DNA of 64,000 nt from a virus. Its lineage: Duplodnaviria; Heunggongvirae; Uroviricota; Caudoviricetes. Positions 1-9,320 of this stretch are shown one piece after another. Both the position numbers and the translations under genes were made by a program. Each line of letters begins with the position of its first letter. Position 1 is the stretch's first letter. The DNA lies in IMG/VR virus record IMGVR_UViG_2645727636_000004, positions 76,925 through 140,924 of that record. The stretch is one strand, 5' to 3'. The notes beneath the pieces were generated by a model. The model did no database searches, was not told the DNA's origin, and saw nothing but the letters and a program-made list of their open reading frames with translations.

Positions 1-2
1 AA

Positions 3-815
3 CAACGTATTACAAACTTAGTTTCGTACTTTAAAGGTGAATATGCTTTACATCCAGATACTCCATCAGTGAACGTTGATGGTACTTATTTTAGTATTGG
101 TAAAATGAAATACGAAGATTTACCTGAACCAGTTAAAATAGAATTTCAAACTAAGACATTAAATATGTATTATCTAAGCGATATAACAGAAGAACAGAAA
201 GTAGAATTATACTATCGTTTAAATAATGGTGTGTACCTAAGTGTTCACCAGAAGAATAAAGCAGTTATGGGTGTAAGCGCATCTATTAAACTAAATAAAT
301 TATCAGAACACCCATTTATGACGAAGAATGCATATTTTACTCCATCACAAAAACGTAAAGGAGAAGATCAAGCAGTATTACTTCAAACTTTAATGTTATT
401 TGATGAAGAATATGAGTTGAAGTCATTTGCTAGTGATGAATTAACAAAGTATGCTGAAAGACTACATGAAGAAGTGAATGAAGTGATTTTTGAAGCTTTA
501 GAAAAAGCTATGTCTGTTTTACATGATGCTTATGGAGATGATTCAGACAAGTTTTTATTAAGAAAGATCAATTTACCTACATTAATATATACAATGAAAC
601 ATTTTGATGATAAAGGCTATAATAAGCAACACCTTATTGAGTGGTTGAAACTTTTCTCCGACACAGTACAAGATAAATCGGATGAGATACCGACTAATTA
701 TAAAGAGTTTGCAGGTTCATGGGGAATTAAGAAGGTAAATGTGTTAGGACGATTAGAATCAATTACAAAGCATTTAGACGAGTTCTATATTCAAAAGGTA
801 AAGATTGAAGTGTAA
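3..815 (+). CDS. hypothetical protein; probably 5'-partial. Frame is open from nt 3, and the GTG at 69 is the first in-frame start but has no RBS.
   Basis: Open frame from the window edge; the ORF track gives 69..815 (248 aa); no Shine-Dalgarno before 69. Confidence 0.5.
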   Translation, partial: QRITNLVSYFKGEYALHPDTPSVNVDGTYFSIGKMKYEDLPEPVKIEFQTKTLNMYYLSDITEEQKVELYYRLNNGVYLSVHQKNKAVMGVSASIKLNKLSEHPFMTKNAYFTPSQKRKGEDQAVLLQTLMLFDEEYELKSFASDELTKYAERLHEEVNEVIFEALEKAMSVLHDAYGDDSDKFLLRKINLPTLIYTMKHFDDKGYNKQHLIEWLKLFSDTVQDKSDEIPTNYKEFAGSWGIKKVNVLGRLESITKHLDEFYIQKVKIEV

Positions 816-843
816 AATTAAATAATAAAATACACAAAATACA

Positions 844-873
844 TTGACTTGTAATTTGTGATTATGGTAATAT
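844..873 (+). promoter_or_regulatory. sigma-A-like promoter: TTGACT, 18-nt spacer, extended -10 TGgTAATAT
   Basis: -35 TTGACT at 844-849; TG at 865-866; -10 TAATAT at 868-873; preceded by AAATACACAAAATACAT at 827-843. Confidence 0.6.
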
Positions 874-1011
874 CAGGTTTAGAATAAATGGTGGCTTCGA
901 CTAATTATAAATACTAATTTAAATTTGTAGTTGGAAGTTGTATACCATTTCAGTATCAATTAAAATTGATCTATAAAAGTATAATATTATTTAAAATGGA
1001 GGAATGAAATA

Positions 1012-1266
1012 ATGGCAAAATTAACAAATGTTCAGTTAGAAAAAATTCAAAAAAATTTTGAAGTAGATGGAGATATACTTGTGATTAATCATGAAGAAAG
1101 TCAATATGTCGGTGATATTTATAAGATTAAACTTAAACCAAACTCATTGATTGATACAGAGCATCATCCAATTAACCTATCTAAGCACTGTATAGAAATG
1201 ATTAAACAAATTGTAGGCGATGGTATTTCATTTAACAACACTAATACTACGTTTTGGATTCAATGA
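1012..1266 (+). CDS. hypothetical protein (84 aa)
   Basis: ORF with RBS aaaatGGAGGaatgaaataATG. Confidence 0.6.
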   Translation: MAKLTNVQLEKIQKNFEVDGDILVINHEESQYVGDIYKIKLKPNSLIDTEHHPINLSKHCIEMIKQIVGDGISFNNTNTTFWIQ

Positions 1267-1302
1267 AATCAGCATTTTATAAAATATAAGGAGGAAGTAA
1301 TT

Positions 1303-1443
1303 ATGAATATCAAATGTGAAAATTGTAATTGGGAAGGTAAAGAAGAGGATTTAATTCACGTTGCTGATGATTACGGATCAGGGAAGTTAGAAACTTGCCC
1401 TAATTGTAAAGATAGTTGGCATTTACATGATGAGGAATACTAG
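1303..1443 (+). CDS. small Cys4 zinc-ribbon protein (46 aa)
   Basis: Translation MNIKCENCNWEGKEEDL...TCPNCKDSWHLHDEEY has CxxC...CxxC; RBS AAGGAGGaagtaattATG; below the 60-aa track cutoff. Confidence 0.45.
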   Translation: MNIKCENCNWEGKEEDLIHVADDYGSGKLETCPNCKDSWHLHDEEY

Positions 1444-1483
1444 ATAATAGAAGTCTTTTATCTAAACGATAGGGAGATACTTT

Positions 1484-1867
1484 ATGGCAGATATCAGATT
1501 TGCAGTGAGTGATGATTACCTAAGTGAATTTCAAAAACATTCGATGGAAGGATATATCACATCGTACACTTTAGAGCTAGACTTTTTCGATGAAGTAGAA
1601 GTAATTGGTGTTATTAATATAATTTTTGACGTAATTGGGTATGGAATAGATGGTTTTGATGGAGGTATTGATATTTCATATCAAGTTATGTATTTTCAAG
1701 ATCCATTGAACAAAGAAGATTATCTAGACGATAACGAGGCTTTCATTTATATTTTTTCAAACTATGGAAACGATATAATGACTGTAGTTAACTTAGCTTA
1801 TGATGCTTTAGATGATTTCTATACAAATGGTACTCCATTGAACAAATTTGCGTATCATTTCAAGTAA
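1484..1867 (+). CDS. hypothetical acidic protein (127 aa)
   Basis: ORF with RBS gatAGGGAGatactttATG. Confidence 0.6.
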   Translation: MADIRFAVSDDYLSEFQKHSMEGYITSYTLELDFFDEVEVIGVINIIFDVIGYGIDGFDGGIDISYQVMYFQDPLNKEDYLDDNEAFIYIFSNYGNDIMTVVNLAYDALDDFYTNGTPLNKFAYHFK

Positions 1868-1899
1868 AATAAAACAGTGATTTTATAGGAGTAGAGAAG

Positions 1900-2604
1900 A
1901 TGGATTTAAACAATATCATGAGTGAAGTAAGAGAAGCTCACTATAGAATTTATGAGCATTCAGTAGAAAATAAACAGGATATAAATGCATTAGATCAATC
2001 TTTAATATTCTTATCTAGCAATGCATTTTTGGAATTGAAATCATTGGTAGTATTGGTTGAAAATAAAGCTTATCATGGCACTTATAGTTTATGTAGGAGC
2101 ATATTAGAAAAATTTATTTATATGAGATACATTTTAGAAAAAGATTCAATGAACCGAGCTGAAGACTTTCAATTATCAAATTTAAAATCTTGGATCGAGA
2201 TATACGAAAAAACTAAAAAGATGTATCCAGAACAAGTGCCACCTATTGATAAAAACGAATTAAATGAATGTAAAAAACCATTCATTTCTTCTAAAGATAA
2301 ATATAAATGGTATTGTGGTAGTGGTACTAATTCAATTTCAAGGTTATTTAAATATTTTAAAAAAGATAAGTATGGATATTATTACATGAAGTATAGTGGT
2401 GAAACACACGGTAATGATTCGATCGCAAAATTTATAGATACTTTTAAATTAAATTATGACAAAGAACAATATGATAATTCAGAGGTTGTGTACATTGCGT
2501 TAGAGGCTTTTTGTGATATTTTAAAATCACTAATTGACCACTACAATCTCAAAGAGATAGTTACTTATTCTAATATTTATGAAGAATATACAGTGAAATT
2601 ATAA
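1900..2604 (+). CDS. hypothetical protein (234 aa)
   Basis: ORF with RBS atAGGAGtagagaagATG. Confidence 0.6.
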   Translation: MDLNNIMSEVREAHYRIYEHSVENKQDINALDQSLIFLSSNAFLELKSLVVLVENKAYHGTYSLCRSILEKFIYMRYILEKDSMNRAEDFQLSNLKSWIEIYEKTKKMYPEQVPPIDKNELNECKKPFISSKDKYKWYCGSGTNSISRLFKYFKKDKYGYYYMKYSGETHGNDSIAKFIDTFKLNYDKEQYDNSEVVYIALEAFCDILKSLIDHYNLKEIVTYSNIYEEYTVKL

Positions 2605-2642
2605 GATAAAATGAAGTTATTATTAAAAGGAAGGTGAAGCGA

Positions 2643-2870
2643 ATGTCAAAACAACCTGTGCCAAATTATATTTTAAAGAAGGCTTTACAACTGAATGAGC
2701 TAGATGCAAAACAGAAGAAATTGATCTCTGAAATTAAAAATTGGATGAATTTAAGTGGCTACTCTTATGATGATATTGTAAATGAAAATGGCATATTAAT
2801 GAAATTGGCGATTGGTGAATTTGAAAATATAGATGATATCAAACAAGCTTTTGATAACTTAAATAAATGA
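2643..2870 (+). CDS. hypothetical protein (75 aa)
   Basis: ATG at 2643 is preceded by AAAGGAAGGTG; the track's GTG at 2634 lies inside that RBS. Confidence 0.55.
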   Translation: MSKQPVPNYILKKALQLNELDAKQKKLISEIKNWMNLSGYSYDDIVNENGILMKLAIGEFENIDDIKQAFDNLNK

Positions 2871-2903
2871 TATAGAACTATTATTAAAATTAGGAGTGAT
2901 TAT

Positions 2904-3134
2904 ATGTATGAACGTGTTAAAGGTGTATTTAATCCAAAAAATTTAGATACTTTAAAAGAAGAATTTAAAAGTGAGATAGGTAAAACTTTAATATTTAGAT
3001 ATGCATGGTTAATGGATGATGACGATCCATTTCCTAATGAATGGGCTTTGATTTGTGAAAGTGAAAAATCAACACTGCATAGAATATGGATTCCTAAATT
3101 TGATTTAGATAATATTGAAATCCTAGAAGACTAA
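2904..3134 (+). CDS. hypothetical protein (76 aa)
   Basis: ORF with RBS attAGGAGtgattatATG. Confidence 0.55.
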   Translation: MYERVKGVFNPKNLDTLKEEFKSEIGKTLIFRYAWLMDDDDPFPNEWALICESEKSTLHRIWIPKFDLDNIEILED

Positions 3135-3170
3135 CATTAATAGAACTATTAGAAAAGGGGAGAAACAGTT

Positions 3171-3341
3171 ATGAAATTCGAAGTCCAATATGAGCAAAAG
3201 TCTACTCGTATAATGATAGTTGAAGCTGATTCATTAGAAGAAGCCGAGAAAAAGGCATTTGATGGTGAATACGAAGATGATTGGGAAGAGGATTCTTCAG
3301 AATTTAGAATCCTTGATATTAAAGAAAGTGAAAATCAGTAG
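3171..3341 (+). CDS. small acidic protein (56 aa)
   Basis: ORF MKFEVQYEQKSTRIMIVEADSLEEAEKKAFDGEYEDDWEEDSSEF... with RBS aaaaGGGGAGaaacagttATG. Confidence 0.45.
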   Translation: MKFEVQYEQKSTRIMIVEADSLEEAEKKAFDGEYEDDWEEDSSEFRILDIKESENQ

Positions 3342-3370
3342 AACTATTATCAAATAAAAAAGGAGAAATT

Positions 3371-3577
3371 ATGTCAAAAATAAAAGAAGTAAAATGCTCA
3401 TCTTGTGGTAAACCATTCAAAGATGATGGGAGTGATATTGTTTGTACTGATGTGCGAGGGGGCAGCTCAAAAGATTACTTACATGAAGGATGTCATTACG
3501 GATTCCTTGCTGAATGGACTACTAACAACTGGATGGATTATGAGGAATTTATAGATGCTACTACAGAAGATGAATAA
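3371..3577 (+). CDS. small Cys-rich, putatively zinc-binding protein (68 aa)
   Basis: CSSCGK...C...HEGCHY motif; RBS aaaaAGGAGaaattATG. Confidence 0.55.
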   Translation: MSKIKEVKCSSCGKPFKDDGSDIVCTDVRGGSSKDYLHEGCHYGFLAEWTTNNWMDYEEFIDATTEDE

Positions 3578-3622
3578 TTATCATAGTTAGATAAAACACA
3601 TCTATTATAGAAAGTGAGGTGA

Positions 3623-3910
3623 ATGATCTTGAGAAATATGCCGTATGAAATAAAACAAAAGCTACGTCAATATAACAAAGCGAATCTTAAGGCGAAGTCT
3701 TTACACGATGAATTGGTGGAAATTTTTGAAGAATACGGAGTCCCTTATGAAAACTTAACTGCAAATCAAGAGTATGGTGACTATCAGGAAGAAAATTCAA
3801 CAGAAGGTCTTGCATTTATTAATAACAACGAAGGGGATATTGAAGAGAATATTGCTGAAATTGAAGAAGTATTTTTGCACTTTGTTAATCGAAACAGCAG
3901 ATCGGTATGA
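3623..3910 (+). CDS. hypothetical protein (95 aa)
   Basis: ORF with RBS aGTGAGGTGaATG. Confidence 0.55.
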   Translation: MILRNMPYEIKQKLRQYNKANLKAKSLHDELVEIFEEYGVPYENLTANQEYGDYQEENSTEGLAFINNNEGDIEENIAEIEEVFLHFVNRNSRSV

Positions 3911-4116
3911 AAAAAATGTCAAGGAGGGTTTATGTGGGAGAAATTGTTTTTAATGATGGTAAATGGGGAATTGTCAAATTCGAAAATGGTGTTAGAGCGT
4001 TTAGTTATAGTGGTAGAACAACAAGAATTCATGACAATAGGTTTGAAATAATGAAACAAAGTTCTATTCCGAAGTACATAAAAGAGAAAATGATTGAAGT
4101 CCTTGATTCATATTGA
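3907..4116 (+). CDS. hypothetical protein (69 aa)
   Basis: ATGA overlap with the upstream gene; RBS-like GGAGGG at 3933. Confidence 0.5.
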   Translation: MKKMSRRVYVGEIVFNDGKWGIVKFENGVRAFSYSGRTTRIHDNRFEIMKQSSIPKYIKEKMIEVLDSY

Positions 4117-4145
4117 ATAAATATAGTATGTAGGAGCGATATACA

Positions 4146-4334
4146 GTGAATGCAAATATGAAAATAGTTAGAGATTGGATAATCACGCAGTCATACGAAA
4201 CTGCAATTATTGAATTAGAAGGAGAGTACGATACTGTTCCGAATGAAGTGTATAAAGCTTATTACTGCTTATCATACATAGAAAAATTAAAAGTTTTTAG
4301 AAATGCAGTAAATCATATTATTAAAAACTACTAA
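4146..4334 (+). CDS. hypothetical protein (62 aa)
   Basis: GTG start preceded by tAGGAGcgatatacaGTG. Confidence 0.5.
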   Translation: MNANMKIVRDWIITQSYETAIIELEGEYDTVPNEVYKAYYCLSYIEKLKVFRNAVNHIIKNY

Positions 4335-4368
4335 ACGAGAAAATTTATTTAAGAAAGGACGATTATAC

Positions 4369-4593
4369 ATGGCGTATCAAACACCCACATGTAGTTGTGG
4401 TGGAAAGCTGTTATTTGTCGAATTAGAATACACAGAAGTTCATTACAGAATAACTAAAAAGGGAGAAAAATCTAAAAAAGTTTACGATAAGGTTGATAAA
4501 ATTGGAGTAAATGAACAGTTGATGAAGTGTGAAGATTGTGGAAATCGTTATTCCTGGAATCATGATGATAAGGGAAGAATTATTATTGGTTAA
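4369..4593 (+). CDS. Cys4 zinc-ribbon protein (74 aa)
   Basis: CSCGG...CEDCGN motif; RBS AAAGGAcgattatacATG. Confidence 0.55.
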   Translation: MAYQTPTCSCGGKLLFVELEYTEVHYRITKKGEKSKKVYDKVDKIGVNEQLMKCEDCGNRYSWNHDDKGRIIIG

Positions 4594-4643
4594 AACAGTA
4601 AAATGTTATTAAAGTATAAAATACATAAAAGGATATTAATTGA

Positions 4644-5273
4644 ATGAGTAAGGAGAGTACAATTCGGCTACAAATACCAACTGAAGTTGTTAGAAATATT
4701 GGATTTAAAATTGATGAGAAGTCATTTGCTATTTATGCATTTTTACTTTATCAGAAATTTCGTTCTCGTGATAAGAATGACCCTATACTTCAAATTGATC
4801 ATGTCGTTATGAAGAATAATTTAGGTATCAATGACAATAGAACATTAAAAAGATGCTTTAAAGTGCTTTATGACCAAAAGTTAATTAAGAATGAGATAAG
4901 TAAATTTCCAACCAATGGACAATTAAAAGTTGAACTGTTGTATCCATACAGAAAAGATTGGTTCACGCAGCTACCTTTAAAATCACTAAATAGAATTGAA
5001 GAAATAGGTCATCATGGATATCGCTTGATGTATTACTATGAATCATACATAAACAGAAATGACATATCACAAGACTACTGTTATCCATCGTACATATCTA
5101 TTAGAGATGATTTAAAAATAAGTGACGATACTTTGACTAAATACAATACCCAATTAAAAAAGTTAAAGTTAATCACTATAACTAAACACGAGGTACAATT
5201 TGATAATCCATTAGATGAAAATAGATTCACAAGATTCAATAACCATTACCGTGTTAATTTATTTAATGTTTAA
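4644..5273 (+). CDS. putative DNA-binding protein; N-terminal domain is paralogous to that of the next gene
   Basis: Its segment GINDNRTLKRCFKVLYDQKLI parallels GVTDNRTVNKNLEIIKKMNII in the 5481 gene; the AAATACATAA motif at 4619-4628 lies 15 nt upstream. Confidence 0.55.
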   Translation: MSKESTIRLQIPTEVVRNIGFKIDEKSFAIYAFLLYQKFRSRDKNDPILQIDHVVMKNNLGINDNRTLKRCFKVLYDQKLIKNEISKFPTNGQLKVELLYPYRKDWFTQLPLKSLNRIEEIGHHGYRLMYYYESYINRNDISQDYCYPSYISIRDDLKISDDTLTKYNTQLKKLKLITITKHEVQFDNPLDENRFTRFNNHYRVNLFNV

Positions 5274-5406
5274 TTGTAGATAGAGGAGGAAGAAGAAAAA
5301 GGTAATTACGATTCTCACTTTTCGATAGAAAATGAAATCGTATATACTGGTTCTTAATGTATATTATGTATCTTGTTCTTTATACACCCCAATTTATGCA
5401 AGGGCG

Positions 5407-5440
5407 ATTAGCATATTTTATCCGTCGAATTAGCATTTTA
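5407..5440 (+). repeat. direct repeat ATTAGCAT(A)TTTTA x2 in a 207-bp leader
   Basis: Copies at 5407-5420 and 5429-5440, in the unusually long non-coding stretch 5274-5480. Confidence 0.45.
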
Positions 5441-5480
5441 ACTCCTTAAGGGTTGCAAGAATCGGGGTAAGGGAATTTCA

Positions 5481-6446
5481 ATGTTAAAAATGAACATAGA
5501 AAAGGAGGATTTAATGAAGTATAAAATGCCGTTAAAATACATCTTAAATGAAGATAGAATGATTACAGATGTCGTATTTACAATTATTTTCGCTATAATA
5601 AATAGCGAAAACTTTACCAATGGTTCTGATTATAAAATAAAAAATAGTGAATTAAAGTATCTATTGGGTGTAACTGATAATCGAACCGTTAATAAAAATT
5701 TAGAGATAATTAAAAAAATGAATATAATAGAAGATTACGTAATTACAAATAGAGGAATCTTAATTGTAAAAAGGATTACAGTACCAGAAGAGATGTGGAA
5801 GGTGGAATTACCTGATTTAATTTTCAATAAACACAGAGTAATATGGATTATTTTTTATTTAAATTATTATCGTACACTTCAATTAGAGAATCAGGATAAA
5901 TATTATTTTAGCTTTGTGTCTACTAAGAATATGTCTTCAGTTTTAAATTGTTCCGAGGAAACTATGACAAGAGCGTTAGAAGAATTAAAAGCAAATAATA
6001 ATTATAAAATTTTAACTGAAAAATTCATATTTCCAATAAAGGACAAACACAGGATAATCCTACCGAAGATCAAAAATAATCCAAGAACTACTGATGACGA
6101 ACGAAAACTAGAGGATTATTTACAAAATAACATAAGTTTAATTGAAGAAGGAATGACTTTTATCGATAGACAAGTACCTGTAGATCATGGATTTATCGAT
6201 ATCGTAGCGAGAGATAAAAACGGTAGTAAGTGTGTTATCGAGTTGAAATCTGTAAATAATGATAAAAGATTACCTTATCAATGCTTATATTATCCAACAC
6301 AAATAAAAGGAAATACTAGGATGTTAGTAGTAGCACCAGATTATCGTGAAGACATGTTGGTGAGCCTAAATAAGCTTGATGTTGAATTATATACATATGA
6401 AATGTCGAATGATGATTACATAATTAACAGATTTGGGGTTAGGTAA
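5481..6446 (+). CDS. DNA-binding domain fused to a C-terminal PD-(D/E)xK nuclease-like domain (alternative start ATG 5514)
   Basis: C-terminus VDHGFIDIVARDKNGSKCVIELKS fits a D...(D/E)xK nuclease core; the N-terminus is paralogous to the 4644..5273 product. Confidence 0.55.
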   Translation: MLKMNIEKEDLMKYKMPLKYILNEDRMITDVVFTIIFAIINSENFTNGSDYKIKNSELKYLLGVTDNRTVNKNLEIIKKMNIIEDYVITNRGILIVKRITVPEEMWKVELPDLIFNKHRVIWIIFYLNYYRTLQLENQDKYYFSFVSTKNMSSVLNCSEETMTRALEELKANNNYKILTEKFIFPIKDKHRIILPKIKNNPRTTDDERKLEDYLQNNISLIEEGMTFIDRQVPVDHGFIDIVARDKNGSKCVIELKSVNNDKRLPYQCLYYPTQIKGNTRMLVVAPDYREDMLVSLNKLDVELYTYEMSNDDYIINRFGVR

Positions 6447-6596
6447 AATAAGCTTTAATTAAACCGTAGAGAACGTATATTAATTGGATATATAAAGTGT
6501 ACCGAAAAGCATTAAGATAGCTAAAATCAATTGCAAATAATATTAAAAGTTAAATAAAAGATAGATATTATAAGAATGATTAGGAGGAGAGAACCT

Positions 6597-6749
6597 ATGA
6601 GCAATGATGTAGTGTATGAAGGAGATATTGTAATCATAAATGACAAAGAAAAAATATCGTCATCTGAAAATAGGAAAGCATTAGAAAATGGAGTGCCTTA
6701 TTTCGTTACAAAATTAGGAGTATCTAAAGGTGCCTTTTTATATTGAGGT
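6597..6749 (+). CDS. small hypothetical protein (50 aa)
   Basis: RBS ttAGGAGGAGagaacctATG; below the track cutoff. Confidence 0.4.
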
Positions 6750-7149
6750 TTATGGAAAAAGTATTCTGCTATTTGATTCAGATATGCCTAATATTGAACA
6801 TATAACAATTGCAGAAAGATGTGAATATAAAGTGGGAGATCACATAGCTATAGTGAACATTAATAGAGTAGATAATGCTGAAGAGAATGGATTTTACGAA
6901 GGAGTTGATTACAAAATAACTAATACTGTTGGAGATAGAGACATTATAATTACCAATAACAAAACAGAATTGTGGATAAAAGAAAATGAATTTCCATATA
7001 TCAAACAAGTAAATTCTCTTGCCCCAATTATAAGTGAAACGACTGTTGATAGCACAAAAGATATTCAAAAATTAATTGATGAAGCTTTAGATTGTAGGGA
7101 TTTTAAAACTCTTGAAAAATTAGTAACTAAGCTAAACGCAATTAAATAA
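6730..7149 (+). CDS. hypothetical protein; start uncertain (GTG 6730 or ATG 6784)
   Basis: Long ORF; no good RBS at either candidate start. Confidence 0.5.
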   Translation: MPFYIEVYGKSILLFDSDMPNIEHITIAERCEYKVGDHIAIVNINRVDNAEENGFYEGVDYKITNTVGDRDIIITNNKTELWIKENEFPYIKQVNSLAPIISETTVDSTKDIQKLIDEALDCRDFKTLEKLVTKLNAIK

Positions 7150-7198
7150 TAACTGAATATTATATAAAAAAATACATAACAAAAGGATTGAATGCACC

Positions 7199-7570
7199 TT
7201 GAATATATTAGAGTTAATCAATAAAAGTCCATACAATTGTGATTTAGTAGAGTGTGAATTTCTATTGAATCATTATAAAAGTTTAGACAATACATATGAT
7301 TTCAAGATGAAAGTTAGAGCAATAGAAAGACAAATAAAGAAGTTAACAAAACCGAAACAAAAACTACAATGGGAATTGGACGCAGAGGAATATATAGAAA
7401 TCACTAAAAGATGGGAATCTTTAGGTTGTTATTGGAAAGATAACTCATATTATTGTAAATGGTATTATAAAGATAAAGAGTTTTATATGTGGTGGAGTGG
7501 ATCTCATATTTCAGACAATATTATAAAAGCTAGAGAAGCTGATAAATTGCTAGACAAGTTTTTTACTTGA
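7199..7570 (+). CDS. hypothetical protein (123 aa), TTG start
   Basis: AAAGGAttgaatgcaccTTG; the AAATACATAA motif is at 7170-7179. Confidence 0.5.
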   Translation: MNILELINKSPYNCDLVECEFLLNHYKSLDNTYDFKMKVRAIERQIKKLTKPKQKLQWELDAEEYIEITKRWESLGCYWKDNSYYCKWYYKDKEFYMWWSGSHISDNIIKAREADKLLDKFFT

Positions 7571-7687
7571 TGGTGAGTTTGACATAGGTGATATTGCACC
7601 TTGTCCAGACGGATTCACATTTGATGATGTAAGTAAGGCAATTAACAATTATGAACAATTTGTAAGTAGAAAATAAGGGGGATTCAG

Positions 7688-7906
7688 GTGATTGAAACAA
7701 GTCCTACTAAAGAAGAATTAGCTAATGAGATAAAAGTTCTTAGAGGATATATTCATGAAATATCGGAAGTGTGGCACAGTTATCACATAGATGGTATTTC
7801 AAAGAAAAAGTATATCAATAAAGTAAATAAAGTTCTAAATAAATATTATTCAAATGAAGAAATCGATTTAGATATATCTGAATTAACGCATGAACTATTT
7901 CCATAA
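7688..7906 (+). CDS. hypothetical protein (72 aa)
   Basis: GTG start with RBS AAGGGGGattcagGTG. Confidence 0.5.
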   Translation: MIETSPTKEELANEIKVLRGYIHEISEVWHSYHIDGISKKKYINKVNKVLNKYYSNEEIDLDISELTHELFP

Positions 7907-7947
7907 AAGTGATTTATTATAAAAATACATAAATAAGGGGAATTAAT

Positions 7948-8400
7948 ATGAAGCCTTCAACACATAAGAAGATTAAAAAATTTAAATCAAAATCTCTCAA
8001 TACATATTACAAAATCATGTATCCGTTAGCATGGCTAATTGATAAATTTGAGAAGTATAAATACGAACGGCTTAAGCGTAAAGTGACTCCAGAATATGCT
8101 GCAAAGTTACTCTCAAAAGAAATTTATAAATATCAATGCAAAAGCATTTATGACAATGAATCATACGTAGTCATTGCTGATTATGTAGATACTGAAGAGT
8201 ATATTGATCCATATCGTGCAATCAAATATTTTACAAATTTCAAGTCTAAAGCAAGAAAGATAAGTAAAATATTGAATCGTAAGGATATCAACGAAAGTTT
8301 CTTTAATAAAGTCATGGAAGAGTTCAATAAGATAAATGAATATACATTCGTAAAGGTAATTGATAACAATGCACAATATAAATGGGGTAGACGAAGCTAA
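7948..8400 (+). CDS. hypothetical basic protein (150 aa)
   Basis: RBS aaGGGGaattaatATG; motif at 7923-7932. Confidence 0.55.
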   Translation: MKPSTHKKIKKFKSKSLNTYYKIMYPLAWLIDKFEKYKYERLKRKVTPEYAAKLLSKEIYKYQCKSIYDNESYVVIADYVDTEEYIDPYRAIKYFTNFKSKARKISKILNRKDINESFFNKVMEEFNKINEYTFVKVIDNNAQYKWGRRS

Positions 8401-8563
8401 ACGCTACATAGAATATCAACGACATAACTTACGTAAACCACGTACATATACATATTCAGCAGGATACTCTAATTACGGTGATTTTGTACCTTTTAGAAAT
8501 TTACTATTACAGATGGGTGAGCAATTAAATAAGGAAGAGGTAGTAGGTCAGTTAAGGTATTAA
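8369..8563 (+). CDS. hypothetical protein (64 aa), overlapping the upstream gene's 3' end
   Basis: ATG at 8369 preceded by AAAGGtaattgataacaATG. Confidence 0.4.
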   Translation: MHNINGVDEAKRYIEYQRHNLRKPRTYTYSAGYSNYGDFVPFRNLLLQMGEQLNKEEVVGQLRY

Positions 8564-8605
8564 ATAATAGGATAGTATTAAATAAAGATAAATATTTTTG
8601 AAGTT

Positions 8606-8650
8606 ACTGAGTACAGAACTTATAAATATCCTCTGTACTCAGTTTTGTTA
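8606..8650 (+). terminator. intrinsic terminator: 11-bp perfect stem (ACTGAGTACAG/CTGTACTCAGT) followed by TTTTGTT
   Basis: Stem arms at 8606-8616 and 8633-8643; a T-run follows; it overlaps the stop of the convergent minus-strand gene. Confidence 0.6.
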
Positions 8651-9177
8651 GCAACTCCTATATAACAGCACTTTTGGAATTTCTTCGCTATACTAAATTG
8701 TGCTAGATCATTAATACAAGTGAGCAAATGAATTCCAAGGATCATTACGAGCAGTGGTATGAAAGAAGTAAAAATAGTCATTAAAATAACTAAGAAGGAA
8801 GAAATAATCATTAATGGTGATATTGAAATAATCATCAAATCTTCTCTTTTTATTGCTCCGTTAACAGTGTTGGATAATATATTTAATTTAGGCTCATACC
8901 CAAACGCTTTAAAAGGAATATAATGACATAACTCATGTATGGGGATAACCAATAAAAAGGATAAAATAACAAGTATAAATGTTTTATTTAGTGATAATGA
9001 ATAATCGAACAATTCAATTTTCATCATATAACCAGAGGATAATACTAATGCATATGCAATTAATCTAACAGTAAAGCTTTCTTTAATTGTGGTTGAATTT
9101 ACACAATTATTTAAATTATATTTCTCTAACATTTGTTTATCTAAAGAATCTTGAGTAAGTATTTCCAAAGTTATCAC
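8620..9177 (-). CDS. polytopic membrane protein with an HExxH zinc-metallopeptidase motif (185 aa)
   Basis: PIHELCHYIP motif flanked by several hydrophobic segments; a lone minus-strand gene with its own upstream region (9178-9385). Confidence 0.6.
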   Translation of the reverse strand: MITLEILTQDSLDKQMLEKYNLNNCVNSTTIKESFTVRLIAYALVLSSGYMMKIELFDYSLSLNKTFILVILSFLLVIPIHELCHYIPFKAFGYEPKLNILSNTVNGAIKREDLMIISISPLMIISSFLVILMTIFTSFIPLLVMILGIHLLTCINDLAQFSIAKKFQKCCYIGVANKTEYRGYL

Positions 9178-9291
9178 ATCCTTTGATTTTAAAATTAAGA
9201 TATATCAACCTTTATTATATGCACTAAACAATTTAATTATGCTGCTTCAAAAAGGACATGTTTATTTTATATAATAAAATACATGAATATA

Positions 9292-9320
9292 TTGAAATGA
9301 GTAAAATGTGGTGTTAATAT
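9292..9320 (+). promoter_or_regulatory. sigma-A-like promoter: TTGAAA, 17-nt spacer, extended -10 TGtTAATAT
   Basis: -35 at 9292-9297; TG at 9312-9313; -10 at 9315-9320; the variant motif AAATACATGA lies 5 nt upstream of the -35. Confidence 0.55.

Larger units (their letters stand above)
2873..3350 (+). repeat. three dispersed copies of TAGAACTATTA at gene junctions
   Basis: Copies at 2873-2883, 3141-3151 and 3339-3349; each overlaps or follows a stop codon and precedes the next RBS. Confidence 0.5.

Noticed and set aside
5274-5480. Possible tRNA or other structured RNA in the GC-richer 5274–5480 gap (and at 46885–47110)
   Set aside because: No segment can be folded into a cloverleaf with a GTTCRANYC T-loop and complementary acceptor ends. 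The nearest candidates, GTCGAATT and GGTTCGATAA, lack pairing stems.
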